This document shows positions 63,641-64,000 of a stretch of DNA of 64,000 bases, in pieces (within the stretch, counting starts at the first letter, position 1; each line of letters opens with the position of its first letter). The notes under the pieces are model-generated. The model saw only the letters and a list, made by a program, of their open reading frames with translations, had not been told where the DNA came from and searched no databases. The stretch is from Hydrolagus affinis (Eukaryota). A program made the translations under genes and the position numbers. Where the stretch lies: positions 1 to 64,000 of the forward strand of contig JAAILG010001356.1 of NCBI GenBank assembly GCA_012026655.1, given 5' to 3'.

Positions 63641-64000
63641 CGGAAATGTCACCAACCACTTTAAGTAGATATGCTGACTGGGAAATATAAACAATGAACT
63701 TGAGACTTAAATAGTGTATCCTGAGACTGTATCAAATGTATGGATGTGTTTATGTTGGATGTTTCATGCTGCCGACCCACCAGAGTCTATTAGAAACCTT
63801 GACATTTTAACCAAGGACAATATGAGAGATCAGATCTAAATACAGATTGCCGTTTACATTTCCGTCCTGCAGTTCGGAATACTTTGGCAGGGTGGAGGCA
63901 ACTTATGTTTTATTAATAAATCGTATACCTTATTCACACAACTCACTTTTGCAAGCTGAACAGCCTGGCAACGTGCCTAGAGTTGTGCTTTTTGAAGACT

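Overview
AT-rich vertebrate genomic DNA with spliceosomal introns; most of the supplied ORF track is noise. The repeat content suggests a cartilaginous fish, possibly a holocephalan, but this is inference. Two + strand genes were reconstructed by hand from GT-AG sites and reading-frame continuity. (1) The 3' part of PTPRQ: 34 intact coding exons from 463 to the stop at 53217, encoding FN3 repeats, a TM helix, two cytoplasmic micro-exons, a PTP domain with KNRF, WPE and [10 protein letters not shown], and C-terminal ETTM. (2) A complete 3-exon MYF6/MRF4 (60540-61919, about 246 aa). This is the conserved PTPRQ-MYF6-(MYF5) block. Introns hold many tRNA-derived SINEs, L2- and CR1-like LINE 3' fragments and three MITEs. 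Main observations: two consecutive FN3 exons of PTPRQ have decayed into pseudoexons that can be skipped in frame; a block at about 41.8 kb closely resembles the Pax3/Six Myf5 limb enhancer and overlaps two RBFOX motifs next to a micro-exon; there are further candidate Myf5/Mrf4 enhancers, tandem splice acceptors, a duplicated exon end, and a stop-free in-frame MYF6 intron 1. Comparisons with mammalian sequences are from memory and need alignment to confirm.
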